Positions 49,655 through 62,619 of a DNA stretch of 64,000 nt are shown here, in pieces (the first letter of the stretch is position 1; each line of letters begins with the position of its first letter). The position numbers were made by a program, and so were the translations under genes. The notes under the pieces are model-generated. The model was given only the letters and a program-made list of their open reading frames with translations, was not told the DNA's origin and searched no databases. Origin of the DNA: Antedon mediterranea (taxonomy: Eukaryota > Animalia > Echinodermata); the NCBI RefSeq assembly GCF_964355755.1, contig NC_092673.1, forward strand, positions 28,641,648-28,705,647. Direction: 5' to 3'.

Positions 49655-51113
49655 TTAACGATGAAAATAAGCGAGTCACTATTGTTCAGACGATGATTAA
49701 GTCAAATGCGAATACCTATTTTACAAAATGTACCAATGCGGTCCTACTTTCCAACACAACTATCAGGTCTTAATTAATCTAATAATGTAAAGTCTAGGCT
49801 ATCTGATCGTAAATAGCATCAGATAACATTATAAACTACAGACACTATTGTATAACAAACAGAATATTCAAATCAAATTAGACCCACACAACTCTTGTCT
49901 GACACAATTCGATAATGGTACTTGATCCGTCAATTGTATTCTGCATTATACTTATTATTAACAATACAAATTTAGCTCAGACCGGTACCGAATGCATGGC
50001 TCCGGTAGGCGCTTAGCTAACCACGCGGAACGCACACTAATCATTTTGACATGATATTAGTGATCAGAGCGATAACTTAAAAGGGGATTGTGCGAAAATT
50101 ATTATTGTTAAAAGAACACAAATGGATTTCAGCATTCCGTCGCGTGTTGTTCTATATAATGGTACAATGATAAATACACAATGAAGCTATACACCATTAA
50201 ATCTGTATCATTTGTTAAAATGAAATTCCCATGTCTGTTAGAGTATCCCGAGGATCAACACGAAATAGGAATAATTAAAATATACTTCAGTCTTACGCAG
50301 AATAAAAGCAAAATAATTTCGTATACGAAACTCACAAGCCTACCTCTATAGGGTAAATCGTATTTGGGATACCAATGGTTCGTATGGAACGCCAATTGGA
50401 ATTGTAAGACAGCTCCTTAATTTTTTTATTTTTTTTTAAATTTTCAATCTTTCTTTAGGCCTAATACATTGGAATAAAAAAAAACAGACACAGAGTAACA
50501 ATAGAAAAGTATACAGCTCCTTAAAATTGATATATAATATAATAACACATTGTTCTTGAATTATTCTATTACAATCCTAACAATAAATAAACAAAGGCGT
50601 GTTTTAAATAAATCCTTTATACATTTTATCGAGATTCGGTGATTGAACACGGATCCCTAACTCCAAAACTTCTTTCCGTACTTTCTTACCTTTTAACCAA
50701 TTAGAGCTGAGTAAATGACCTTGGCAGTAAGTTGAACTCAGGGGTCACGTTCATGTCAGACCAATATTGTAGATTGGTAAATTGTATTGCTCGTTTTGTG
50801 GTTTTATATCACATCCAGATAGGTGTATTATCATGGGGGCAGCAACATATGTTTTTTAATGGGCGTGGTGCATAATGGTGCAAATATTTTTTTTTATAAA
50901 TGGGCGTGGTGCATGGCTACATCTTTTTACGTGTTTTTTCATGATGTGAGGAATCGTTTAAAATTAGATTACATCAGTGAGATAAGAGCTTGTATAAACA
51001 TTTATAAATAGGTTTAAAATGAATTAAATCATATACAAAATGTAGCTCATAATTAGACAAATATAAAAGTGTAAATTGATAAGGAAATAGGTCGAACATG
51101 TTTTAATAATTAT

Positions 51114-51217
51114 GTAATCTGTATCATATTTCCTGTATTACTGCAGTAATAAATGTTATCAAAGCGTAATCTGTATCATATTTCCTGTATTACTGCAGTA
51201 ATAAATGTTATCAAAGC
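51114..51217. repeat. Exact 52-bp tandem duplication
   Basis: GTAATCTGTATCATATTTCCTGTATTACTGCAGTAATAAATGTTATCAAAGC x2. Confidence 0.95.
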
Positions 51218-53601
51218 ATACACAGGAACTCGACAAGATAATACAATGTAGATCTACTCTAGTTACTGTATGAAAATAGTCTTATTCTTGCCATGGGGAA
51301 ATAATAGGCCTACTGAAATAGCAGTGTAAAGAACTAATGGATAAGGTCTACCACACTTGAGGTAACAAAAATGACAATTTTTATGCTAAATGTAAAAATT
51401 ATGCAAAAAAAAAACACCCACACATATTTGAAGTGTGGGTAAATCCCGGGGTAAATAAACACGGTTGGCATGCTAAATTTTCATAACAAATTTTCTCGCT
51501 CTATAATAGTAAACAGGCCTACATATTCTTCTTTTAAGCAATAATTTGCCTCGCGGCAATAATTTGCCTCGCGAAAATTGTTTGCACGCGATATAAATGC
51601 CTACAATCGGAAATTAACCAATCGCCCACATTGTAAATACAATGGATCATAAAAAAACACACCCTACTTAATAAATATGAAACTAACTTAACAAGCAACC
51701 CTTGAACGAAAATTTTACTTTTACTTTTTAGCATGGAGTAACTTTTAGAGCCATCCTAAAAATAGTTTAAAATAATTGAAAATAAAAAAAATGAATGGGC
51801 GAATTGTCGTTTCCCAATTAATAGTTTCCTTCAGATTAAGTAGGTCAGATTCATCAATTAAATGTATTCAGTGTTAAAATGATTATTAGCGATTCATGGG
51901 AATCAGGTTGGTCACATCCAGGTCCCCGGGCCACTGATTATTAATCATAACAATATGTTCATTTATTTGTTCATTTATTTATTTGATGACTCTACATTTA
52001 TTTAATTAAAAGACAATTCGGTGTAGAGTAGATAACCATAGATATTATTATAGTAAAGTATACATTATCTATACAGTATTATAGGCAAATCCTGTAATAC
52101 ACTACCATATATGTATCACATGTGACAGCATCACCCATTATAGGTACAGTGCCGAGAATCGATAGCTTAAAGACATATTGTCCCCCAAAAACATGAAAAA
52201 TGAAGATTAATTAAATCAGACTTTGAATAGGTTATTTTGTAGCCTTAATAAAGTTAATCAATTATTTTTTTTCACTTACAAAATTACAAAATAAATGGTT
52301 AAATTCAACCATTGGTTGGCAGCCAATTGTTTGGTTTAAATTACAGTTTTTTCAAGTAAATAATTTTTTTTTTCGATCTAATTATTGGTCAAAGTGAATA
52401 CGCCGTCGGTAAATATTATGCGACATTAAAATGAAATATTCTATAAAAAAAATTAAAATAATTATTTTTTCAGGGGGACAATAGGCCTATATCTTTAATG
52501 CGACAATTTATTTACATCGTAATTACAATTTACATAGACCGAATCTATTTATCATATCGATCAAAATACACTACATACAAAATTGCTTTCAAATTAGATT
52601 TGTACACAAGATAAATGTCCTTTTAAATATGAAGATAAAGAGGAGATAGTTAATTGTTCTGGGCGGGACATTGTTTACCTTTTTGAATGCGCAGTCTGCC
52701 GAGATAAATGTTATCGGCGCCAAATGTAAATGTCGCGCATTGGGAACGTTTAAAACCACGGACACGTCGTCTGCGACACTCACACAAATCTATTTTTAAA
52801 TACAATTTTAGTTAATAACAACATGCCCACATTTCATGTATTTACACATATTATAAAAATACATTTTAAGCACAACATTAACAAAATTTGTTTGAAAATT
52901 TGCCGACCCCCTTTAGCAATAATACTAAATTTAGTAATTTTATTTTTAGACGTGATTTCTTTAGTAAATGTATTATTGTTAATGCAATATCGTAAGATCT
53001 TTTATTGTTATTACTTTCAAAGCATATGTTTCAGTTGGTTCGTAATGAGGGTTAAACTTAATCAAATATTGTTAGTTTGGTAATGTGTATATATTAATTA
53101 TACTACATGTCGTTTATCCCACGCTCTAGTAACAAAATCGTGTATTCGGTCAGTATCGTTTACAAAAGCTACAGGTTAATTATCCTTGGTTCCCAGCAAA
53201 AATAAAGGCTAAAGGGGTCTGTCGTACCAGGTGGTAGGGTTTGGAGGGGAGGTTAAACCACCTGGAGTCACACGTTCACCTGTCATAATAATATAGCTTG
53301 TATACCCGTATGTACCGTGTGTTTGCTGAAGCGCGGTGATAACACAAAGGATGTATTCAACACCGCGGGGGATTACGGAACACGCAACACAAGTAAACAA
53401 CACAAAATATCATCGGAAGATTTAGTTAACCGTTTACCGCCGCGCGGTGAACACCTATTGAAAATTGCTGGCAGGAAACCGTCTTGAAGTTTGTGTTATA
53501 AAAGGGGAAACTATAGCCTCAAACTTGTTAAATCAGTTTAGTCTACACTAGCAACAGGTTGTGTTATTTCTTATGCTTGTTGTCTGACGTTCATAGTCAA
53601 T

Positions 53602-53667
53602 ATGGTACTTATTAATCTTTTAACGCGAAACCACGCTGTAGTTGAGAAGGAAAACCACGTAGCCCTG
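53602..53667 (+). CDS. Alternative first coding exon of the coiled-coil gene (MVLINLLTRNHAVVEKENHVAL)
   Basis: TATAAAAG at 53497, TCAGTT at 53533, aatATGG at 53602, donor CTG|gtaaga, phase 0 compatible with 55478. Confidence 0.65.
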
Positions 53668-54075
53668 GTAAGATTATTATTTATTTATTTACATACTTTC
53701 GTTCATTATTGGGAGAGGGGGAAGGGAATCGATGCATGAAGGTTTGTTTACCTCCATGGTCGATGCTTAACGTGTTACGTGAGTGGGTGGTGATATTTTA
53801 TTTTTAAAAAGTACAAAAAAACTCACTAATTTAATGGACGATATTTGTTTTGCTCTGATTGTTTCTTTGATTGAACTGTATTTAATAACGTAAGATTTGT
53901 CCTAATTAATACCATTATGTGATAAGTCCGGGACCTTAACTGACCATGGGAATTAATTGGACGAAAACACGAAAACACGTTAATAATGCAAACGTTGAAG
54001 ACTTTTAACCTTGTGTTGGATATCATTATTATTTGCATGCAATAATTGTATCCTTGTTTACATAGATAAAGGTCA

Positions 54076-54133
54076 GTTTTATCATGGAGGAAATATACAG
54101 ATATATATCTGTATATTTCCTCCATGGTTTTAT
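54076..54133. mobile_element. 44-bp perfect palindrome with an exact 7-bp target duplication (transposon footprint-like)
   Basis: GTTTTAT|CATGGAGGAAATATACAGATAT-ATATCTGTATATTTCCTCCATG|GTTTTAT. Confidence 0.8.
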
Positions 54134-55477
54134 GGTAGGCCTACTTGAAAATTGGTTACGTTATATTACGACAATGATTGCTGCACCAGTTTCAGTACTA
54201 CAGGAACTATAAAAATAAAAACGGAATAACAATTGCCAGTTTCACAAAGTACACTGTTCCTTAACAAGTGAAAGGTTCTTGTCTAAAACTTTCCCTAAAA
54301 AATAATAGCTCATATATCTGTGTTAATGGGAAATTTGCTTTCTTCGTGTTTAAAGTGTGTAACATAAATACTTAGCATTTAACACTCTTATAACAATTCG
54401 TTAACATTTTTGTGAAAAGTTCTTCTGTGAAACTTTCCCTAAAAAATCTATTGTTCATTCTATATTATGTCAATGGGGATTTTACTTTTTGTGATTCAAG
54501 TTTGTAACTTTATAATTGAAACTCTTATAACGAAGTTAATGCCAGTACTTAGAAAACGATTGTGTTTTAAGTAAACACATTTACAAGTATTGTTACATAA
54601 CAATTGATTGACAACGTATCAATCATTAATGTTGATTTTTCTTTTACACATTAATACATGATTCTGACATTCTGGGGTTAACTGTCAATCAACAAATACG
54701 TGTTGTTATCAACATTTTTGTTGTTCAGTTTTTGTTGGGTTGACATGGTTGTCATTTATACTATCGCCATGATTGGTGTACAATAGTGGAGGAGTATTGG
54801 TTAATAGAAGGAGGGATTTGTTCGAGGGGGAGGAGCTTAACAATGCAATGAGACGCTGGGCGGAGCTATTGAATTTAGTAATTAGAAGCGTAATAGAAGT
54901 ATAAGGAGTTAAGTTATACAATATATTAATATAATAATAATTATGTTCATAACCAATAGTAAAACGTGAGCTAGTTTTATATAAATATAATAATACGATC
55001 AAGCAAGCATGAAAATAGTTTCGATAAAACAAATAATTGTTTAAATCAAAATAATGTATATACAAATGTAAATAAGAATAAGAAGAATAAGTTACAGAAG
55101 TGAAAACAAAATAGGAAACATTGATAAAGACTTTTACGTCATGAAATGATTTGAGACAATAAGAGCAAGATAATGTGCTATTCTTCGGTCTTTTGTGGTC
55201 ATTCATAATAAAATATAATTGTTCAATAATAATAATCCTTTGACTTTCCTTTTGAAACTAAAATTCTGAAAGAAATAATTTATGAAAAAACATCATATAA
55301 TTGTTTCTGTGTTAAGGGTTATATCATGAAGAATTAATAGTTTATCAAGCACACGACCACCGCTATGGCCCAGTGAGCACATTAACTGTGTATCTTGGGA
55401 ACCATTACGATTCAATGCATAATTTATATACGAGTATTTATTTCTAACGCTGTGTTAATTTTTCATTCTCTTTACAG

Positions 55478-56224
55478 CTACAAAGGGAGATAAAACACCT
55501 CGAGTATAAACTGAGGCAGAGGAACGATCAAGTGGAAGATTTAACAAAACGGCTTGAAATGCAATCGAGCAAAACAAAACAGCTGATTGCAGGCTGGAAG
55601 CTGCAACTTCAAGACAAAGAGAACACTTTAGAAAAACAACTGCAAGAAAAAGACACACAGTTGAATCATATCTGCGCTGAACTTATCCACTTTGAAGCAA
55701 CATTGAAACGAGAAAGAAGTTGTATTGTTAATCAACTGAATGAAAGAGATAGGAAAATAAAAGAACAAAACAGAAGAATAAAAGAACAGGAGAGAGAAAT
55801 AAAAGCTTTGAACTCGGCAAATGAACGGTTGCTCGAAAGTTTACACGAATCTAGAATATCTTCTTCTCCACCGTCTTCGCCAGCATCGCCGTCATCTCTA
55901 TCATCATCACCACCAGTAATGTCTCCGACCTCTCCAGCAGCAATGTTTTCGACCTCTCCAGCAATGTTTTCGACCTCTCCAGTCAAATCTCCGACCTCTC
56001 CACCAGGAGTCTTACTGAACAATAACGATGTCTTTCCAACAAAATACACACACATACGTCACACCGGACGTTCGAGCTCACCACGGACAGTACGATTTAG
56101 TGAAGATGTGCTAGATAATGAGGAAAAGAAAGTAACTCCAAAGCCTGCTATAAGAGTTCGCAAGATCTCTCTACCTGCTTATCGACTACCAGAAAATGAG
56201 GAAGACATTGTTAGGTACTGCTAA
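55478..56224 (+). CDS. Terminal exon of an unidentified coiled-coil protein with a Ser/Pro-rich tail
   Basis: Strong acceptor tttttcattctctttacag at 55477; 248-codon open frame LQREIKHLEYKLRQ...KDTQLNHICAELIHFEATLKRERSCIV...NERLLESL (coiled coil), then SSPPSSPASP/SPAMFST repeats, RTVRF, RKIS, ending EEDIVRYC*. AATAAA at about 56826, 57087, 57322 and 57347. Family not recognised. Confidence 0.85.
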   Translation, partial: LQREIKHLEYKLRQRNDQVEDLTKRLEMQSSKTKQLIAGWKLQLQDKENTLEKQLQEKDTQLNHICAELIHFEATLKRERSCIVNQLNERDRKIKEQNRRIKEQEREIKALNSANERLLESLHESRISSSPPSSPASPSSLSSSPPVMSPTSPAAMFSTSPAMFSTSPVKSPTSPPGVLLNNNDVFPTKYTHIRHTGRSSSPRTVRFSEDVLDNEEKKVTPKPAIRVRKISLPAYRLPENEEDIVRYC

Positions 56225-56656
56225 TTAACCTTCTTTATCAGTAAACTCGCCAACTGGTTGTTACTTCTTTCACTACAAACTTAATTTGCAATAGGAAACC
56301 ACGTTCATTAGGCTTCCTGTCCTGGGCTTTGCTTGGTAGCTCACAAGGGACAGCCGCCTGGAGATATCATTTTTTTGTACATAAACGACTCATTGGAGAT
56401 ACGATGTAGGTGCTATTAAAGTGTGTTTATTGTGGACATTTACCTGCTGGGACCTCGGGAAGTTTTAATGAACATTTTATCATTTATACGTCATACAAGT
56501 CTCAGTTTCGTAAATAATAGTGATTAAAGTGATTTGAATATTTATAGAGCTTTGGGGTTTCGGTTGTTTTAAAAGGGACCGAAATGCATAGGTACGTAAA
56601 AATTGTATGGAACTGAACTCTATAGAATTAACATTCAGGGAGGGAATTGTTATCAT

Positions 56657-56747
56657 GATTGACCAATAGGAGGCCAATATGGAACCTAATTGACCAATAG
56701 AAGGCCAATATGGACCCTGATTGACCAATAGGAAGTCAATGTGGACT
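56657..56747. repeat. 31-bp tandem repeat x 3, CCAAT-rich, in a 3' UTR
   Basis: ATTGACCAATAGGAGGCCAATATGGAACCTA-like unit x3. Confidence 0.85.
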
Positions 56748-58483
56748 TTAATATGAAGTAGGTGTCATAATAGCCGGTGTGGCTTTAGAACCCTTCGTAT
56801 ATCCGTCCATATTGACAGAATGTGCAATAAAAGAGCAAACGTAAACAAATTAATGATTTAAGCTTGGTTCCCGCAACGCAATAACGTAAGCGCACCTTAA
56901 GTAATTTGACCAATCACAAGCGATGGATCATTCTAACTGTCATTTGTGATTGGTCAACTCACTTGCGCCTACGTGATTGCGTCCTATTGGGAACCAAGCT
57001 TTAGGTACAGTAAAGGACGTTCACAATGTTTGTCTGTAAACATTGATAGAATGTGTTATTACAACTATAGTAAATTTGTTCTGTGAAATAAATATGTAAC
57101 CGCAGGAAGCGAAAGATGTAACTTATCACAACTCAAAATTTGTAATTGAAATGTAATTGTTTGTAATTAAAAGGCCAAAGGTCAAAGTTAAGTATTTACA
57201 AACACAAGACTGAATTCTTAAAGTGAAGTCAAAGTCTTACGTACTTATACAAGTTGTTGTGTACAGCATGTTATTTAAGATTATTTTATATACAGGTACT
57301 GTTAAATATGGATTATAAAAAAATAAAAAAAATTAATGCAAAAATACAATAAAATTTTAATGAAACAAATATAGAGACGTGTCACTGTTTTTTGTATGTG
57401 AAAATGTGTTTATATTCAATGGAAACGCAGCTGTAACGTTTGGTTCCCACTTACGCAACACAAGAATGTTTTTACGGTTACGCAACGCAAATCTATCCAA
57501 TCACCAGCGACGGGCCATCCGAACTTGATGACATTTCGTTTTGTGATTGGTGAAATTACCTGCGTTGTTCCCCTTGTCTATACTGTAGCAGGAACCAATA
57601 ATTATATTGCTTTAGTTTGTGTTATAACTTGTTGATTTTTTAAGTGGAAGAAAAAGGTTATCAACCAACCGAATTTACTCGATTTCATTATTGAATATTT
57701 GTCATTTTAAATTTGTTTTCCACTAAGAGTTGACCAATGACAGTTCGACATCATTGCGTTACGTCCTAGTGGGAACCAAGCTTTACTATGCCATAGTCAC
57801 TCATAATGTACACAGTACATTTAACTTTGCCAGGAATACTGAACAACTACTTTTGGACACAAAACGTAAACGCGACATACGACGAGTTGACGTTTGGAGA
57901 TCACCCAGCCTATGGAATCGTTTTGCAATAACGATATTTTCGGTTATAATTATCACAACACAACAATGACGATTAATTTTACTGGGACAAGTAACAAGTA
58001 GAAATGCCAAGCTTTTAAATAAATGTATAAATAGTAGGCTCACTTTTACGTGATTGACGTGTCCCCCAGAAACTTATACTGGATTTAGCCTATTGTCTAA
58101 TTAATTAGGTACGCTATTCGCATTGCGACATTGAGTTGCGTATTGTCTGCATTTCTCTGGTTCCAGTCACTAATCTTAATTCAAATTGACACAACAATTT
58201 GATAGTTACTAAAAGAAACAAACTTTAACCTCATGAGTGGGCCTCACATAATAGGTCTTGAGTTATGTGTGAAATACAATATATAGGTAGGTCTTATATA
58301 GCTGCAGGGATACTAAGTCTACTCCTATTTGAATTAATAATTATTAATTAGTTGCGACAGAAATGATAAGAATGTTACAATCATGAAAGAAAAGACTGAA
58401 ACTAAATATGTTGAAAAGTTATGCCTTATGATATGTCCGTCCGAAATTGTACCGTCACCGCGTACACGACATCACTGGAGTCA

Positions 58484-58540
58484 GTTGGACCATGGAGGTA
58501 TAAAATTATAAAAACTAATTTTATACCTCCATGGTTGAAC
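58484..58540. mobile_element. 43-bp palindrome with a 7-bp target duplication (same family as 54083)
   Basis: GTTGGAC|CATGGAGGTATAAAATTA-TAAAAAC-TAATTTTATACCTCCATG|GTTGAAC. Confidence 0.8.
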
Positions 58541-60560
58541 TGAACAAATGAGATCGATATTTTCTTAGTGATATTGTCAACACCGGATGGCATTAACAAT
58601 GCATTTAATACCTGGTAATCTTGTTTATTACATGTTCCTATATTTAGGTGGAATGTATAATATGAATATTAGCTTGGCATTGTATCTAATCTATAGGTAT
58701 TTGGTAACATATCAAGCGTAGTGTGTTTTTCTTACCACGGCTAGCAGTTTATTTCTGCACATGCGTCGTGGGTAAGATTTCAAAAGAGGACTACAAATAA
58801 ATACAAAAAAAAAGTAATACAAGACAAGATATTATTATAACAATAAATTCAGCAACAAACATTGCCTTTGAACACAAATTAAGCTCTGTCTACACTATCA
58901 CTAGTTTGACAAAAGTGTGATTTAGGCCTATAGTTTAACATTCATGTAATTGAAAATTACAGCATTTACAGAAATCGAACCTTTGGGTATAGCACCTGCT
59001 AGTTTTTAAGAGAGTAACGATTTTTTGGAACAAAAGTAGGTTGTTTTTTGACGCCAAAAACCGACACGCAGTCGCGCCTTTAATAGTTTATCGCACTCCT
59101 TGGTATAGGCTAGGGTATGATGAGACTGCAGGAGATTAACAAATTATTTAAAAAATGTAATATAATATTGTTTTCTATACTAAAATATTATTTATCAAGT
59201 GCCTAACAAAAGAATTTACGATTCATACCGTAAATACTGATAAAGAAGCAAGTATGGTATTAGGGAATGTCATTTTTGCTCAACGTTACTTTGTACCATA
59301 AGTTCCATAATAATATAACATGATCAAAACTCAAGCGCGCCCTTTCCTATACAAACTGACTTGACACATCTAATCACATGAACTTAAATGAGTAATTAAT
59401 TTGCACAAACAAACATAGCTACGGTCACCTTATTCCCCAGTGTTGTACCTCTACATACTATCTATCATAGGAGTATTTATTACTCTAGATACATGCATGC
59501 TATGGTATATAATAGGTCGTGGTTACAAGATCAGTATGCCTGATTTATACATGTTTAACTCCGTAAAAAGGTTCAACTTTATAATTTGTGTACAACTGAG
59601 AGTTTTCTTTCTAATACAATTTGTTCCAAACAGTATCCTGGGAGGTTTATAAATAACATCGTTTCGCAGATTCCGTTTGCAAAATAAACTTAAACAAAAA
59701 AAAGTTGGCAAGGCAAACAATTTTCATATAAGATAGGCCTATCATTGATGAAACAATAATTTTATTCGGTGAAAGATGAAAATGTGTAGTATTTTTAATT
59801 GCAAATATAACTGTTCATCTTTCACCTCATAACATCAATAATTTGTACCATTGTACTCATAAAGATTCATTATTTTGAGAATATGAAAACATGAAAACAG
59901 TGTAAGAACATATTGAGTTTTACGGATGCACATTGGGGTAATGCAAACATCACATTCAAACATCACACGTCAGGAGAAACTCCTGACATGTTCGAGGGTC
60001 AATGATATACACTTTTAGGTCTGTTTTTTAAATTTTATAGAAAAGGGCGTATTCTTCTTCACTAGGCCTATATTATTTATCAGCGGCTTGGGTTTAGTGC
60101 CATCACCGGAATGCGGTTTGTCTCGTGTGGACGACTGACAGTTGACACGCACTAAGCTACTGCACCTGCTGCCGTGGAAACCTATCCTACACGTTAGGCA
60201 CGACATCCGCACATAAAATCAATCAACAAGATATTTAGTGAGCTTTTTTAAAACGCTCACAAACAAAACTGAACGTCAAAGTATTTGTGCAGAAGACGCT
60301 TAATTGTAAATACTGTGACGTACTCCAAACAGTACATTGGCATTGATATGGATCAAGATCAGTTTTAAATGATAAGATGATTTTTTTAAATTTCGGAATT
60401 CTTCAATTGAATTGCCTGCCCTGTCGCGCCGAATTATCACTGTTGTTGTTGAACTAAACGTCTGGATGCGTTGTGACGCAGCGCTTTCTTCATCATAAAG
60501 TTTATAGATTTAACTAGAATATTTCGAGGAAAAATGAATTGAAATACATTAATAGGCCTA

Positions 60561-60776
60561 ATTGATGGCTGGCCTGGGAATTGATGGCTGGCATGGGGGA
60601 TTGATGGCTGGCCTGGGAATTGATGGCTGGCCTTGGAATTGATGACTGGCCTGGGGATTGATGACTGGCCTGGGGATTGATGGCTGGCCTGTGGATTGAT
60701 GGCTGGCCTGTGGATTGATGGCTGGCCTGGGAATTGATGGCTGACCTGGGAATTGATGGCTGGCCAGGGAATTGAT
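60561..60776. repeat. 19-bp minisatellite x about 11
   Basis: ATTGATGGCTGGCCTGGGA units; they explain the overlapping repetitive ORFs here. Confidence 0.95.
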
Positions 60777-62461
60777 CTCCACGACCTGTAGCATGGAATA
60801 TAAACATGCCTACTCGCTACGATCGCGACCTGTGGTATGAGGGAGCTGAGCCTGTCCAAGAAAACACCGAGACTAACCTTTCCCTCGATATTCGTATACA
60901 GATATATATATATATATATATATTAGGCCTATATTTCTTATAATTTTAGAGTTTCTAAAGTTCTTAAAACATTACGAAACTTACTTCCATTTATTCTATG
61001 GATCTTCTTTATACAACCAGTAATATAAATCCAATAAAACCATATGAAATTGATACTTTATAGTTCAAGAACTCTCCAGAAAGAAGCTTATTTCTCCGCT
61101 AACACACTACTAGGCAGAGTAATACACATACACATACAGGTGGACTACACGTTTTGATTGATGCAGATCGTATGCAAATTTTAGGAATTCTGGATAATTA
61201 TAAATTAAAGAAATTTAAAGTCAAACAAAGATCCACATAATCAAGAACACTTCTTTATATTATAAAGAAGTGTTCTTGCAGCAGCAATGGGTGTTGTGAT
61301 TGTTAAATACCCGTACACATATCAATATGCGCTTATTAACTAATAACCTAGCCTAGGTCAATGAACTTAGAACAACAATACATAATTGTTATTTTCGGAA
61401 AATTAGAAAAACTAAGCAATAATGTTATTGGCAAAAATCCGTCTTGCATTAAAATGAAGAACAATACGTTTCGTCGATTTATAATAATTAAGGAGATAAA
61501 AACGTGACTTAATTAAATTAATATGTTAAAACATCATTTGTGGATACCTAATATTATTGGCCTACGTTTGAAACATTTAAAGATTTTGGGACAATTGCAA
61601 ATGTATTCTACTGCAGATACTGCGACAACTATTCAATTCAATTATTTCTTTTCGTCAAGCACCTGGCTAAAAAATTATATGCTTGTCAAGTATATAAAAA
61701 TATTAAAAATACGATAAAATGGGTAACAATACGACACCAAGGTGTAAAAAATGGCAATATAGTAAAAAAAAAATCATACAAATGTGTCATATAAAAATTA
61801 GATAAAACAAATTGGATAAAAAGTCCGATTGTCACCTCGCAACAAAATTTGCATTAAAAAGCCTCATAGCAGATTGGAGAAAAGAACTTCGTAATTCATT
61901 AGTTTTCGAAGCGAATTCTACCCCTTCTGTTAAAGACAACATGTTTGTTGACTACAACTACATTTTATTTAGCAAGCTTTTGTTTTTATAAACATACACG
62001 TTACTGTTTATTGCAGTGACTGTCTCATAAACCTCTTTTCTGAATCAAACTAAAACCATACGTTATTACAGTGAAAATAAATGTTATCAAGCGAATTTAA
62101 ATTTAGAATTCCTGGAAATGGCATTCGATACCGTCGTACAGAAATGAATTGATTGGGATCACGTTCGGCCAGTTTTCCTTATACAGTATGCCAAAATCCT
62201 AACAATTTATCTTAACAATGTTTTCAACTTCCTGGGAGAGCTTTCAGGGAAAAAAGAGTATTATTTATAATTTTGGTACGTAAACAAACTCATAAATTTA
62301 TGTGATCATGTTTTATAAGAATATCAAGCTAAATCATGGATAGGACGTAGGACTAATTTAGAATTTACCGAGATCGTTAGACAAATGTGGGTAGGAGATA
62401 AAAAACATAGGAGTGGATGGCTAGAATAGTAGGGTTGTGTGTTGTTGTATACAATACATTA

Positions 62462-62619
62462 AGCTCTGTCTACACTATCAACATTTATGTGAAAACAAAA
62501 TGTGATGTGCCCATGGACCACGATGATGTCATATCAATATTTGGGCATATCACTACCATATTTAGCCAAGGCACATCATACTTGTTTTGTCAAAATAGTT
62601 TGATAATGTAGACAGAGCT
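62462..62619. mobile_element. MITE family A copy with an exact TTA target duplication
   Basis: TTA|AGCTCTGTCTACAC...GTAGACAGAGCT|TTA. Confidence 0.9.

Noticed and set aside
54709-55206. 165-aa minus-strand ORF
   Set aside because: Tyr/Leu/Ile-rich translation of AT-rich intronic DNA with no recognisable motif or splice context.
60015-60212. GC-richer segment with a 65-aa minus-strand ORF
   Set aside because: No recognisable protein motif or consistent splice sites; it may be regulatory, but this cannot be supported from the sequence alone.
60437-60859. Pro/Gln-rich ORFs in three frames
   Set aside because: These are artefacts of a 19-bp minisatellite; there is no convincing exon chain.
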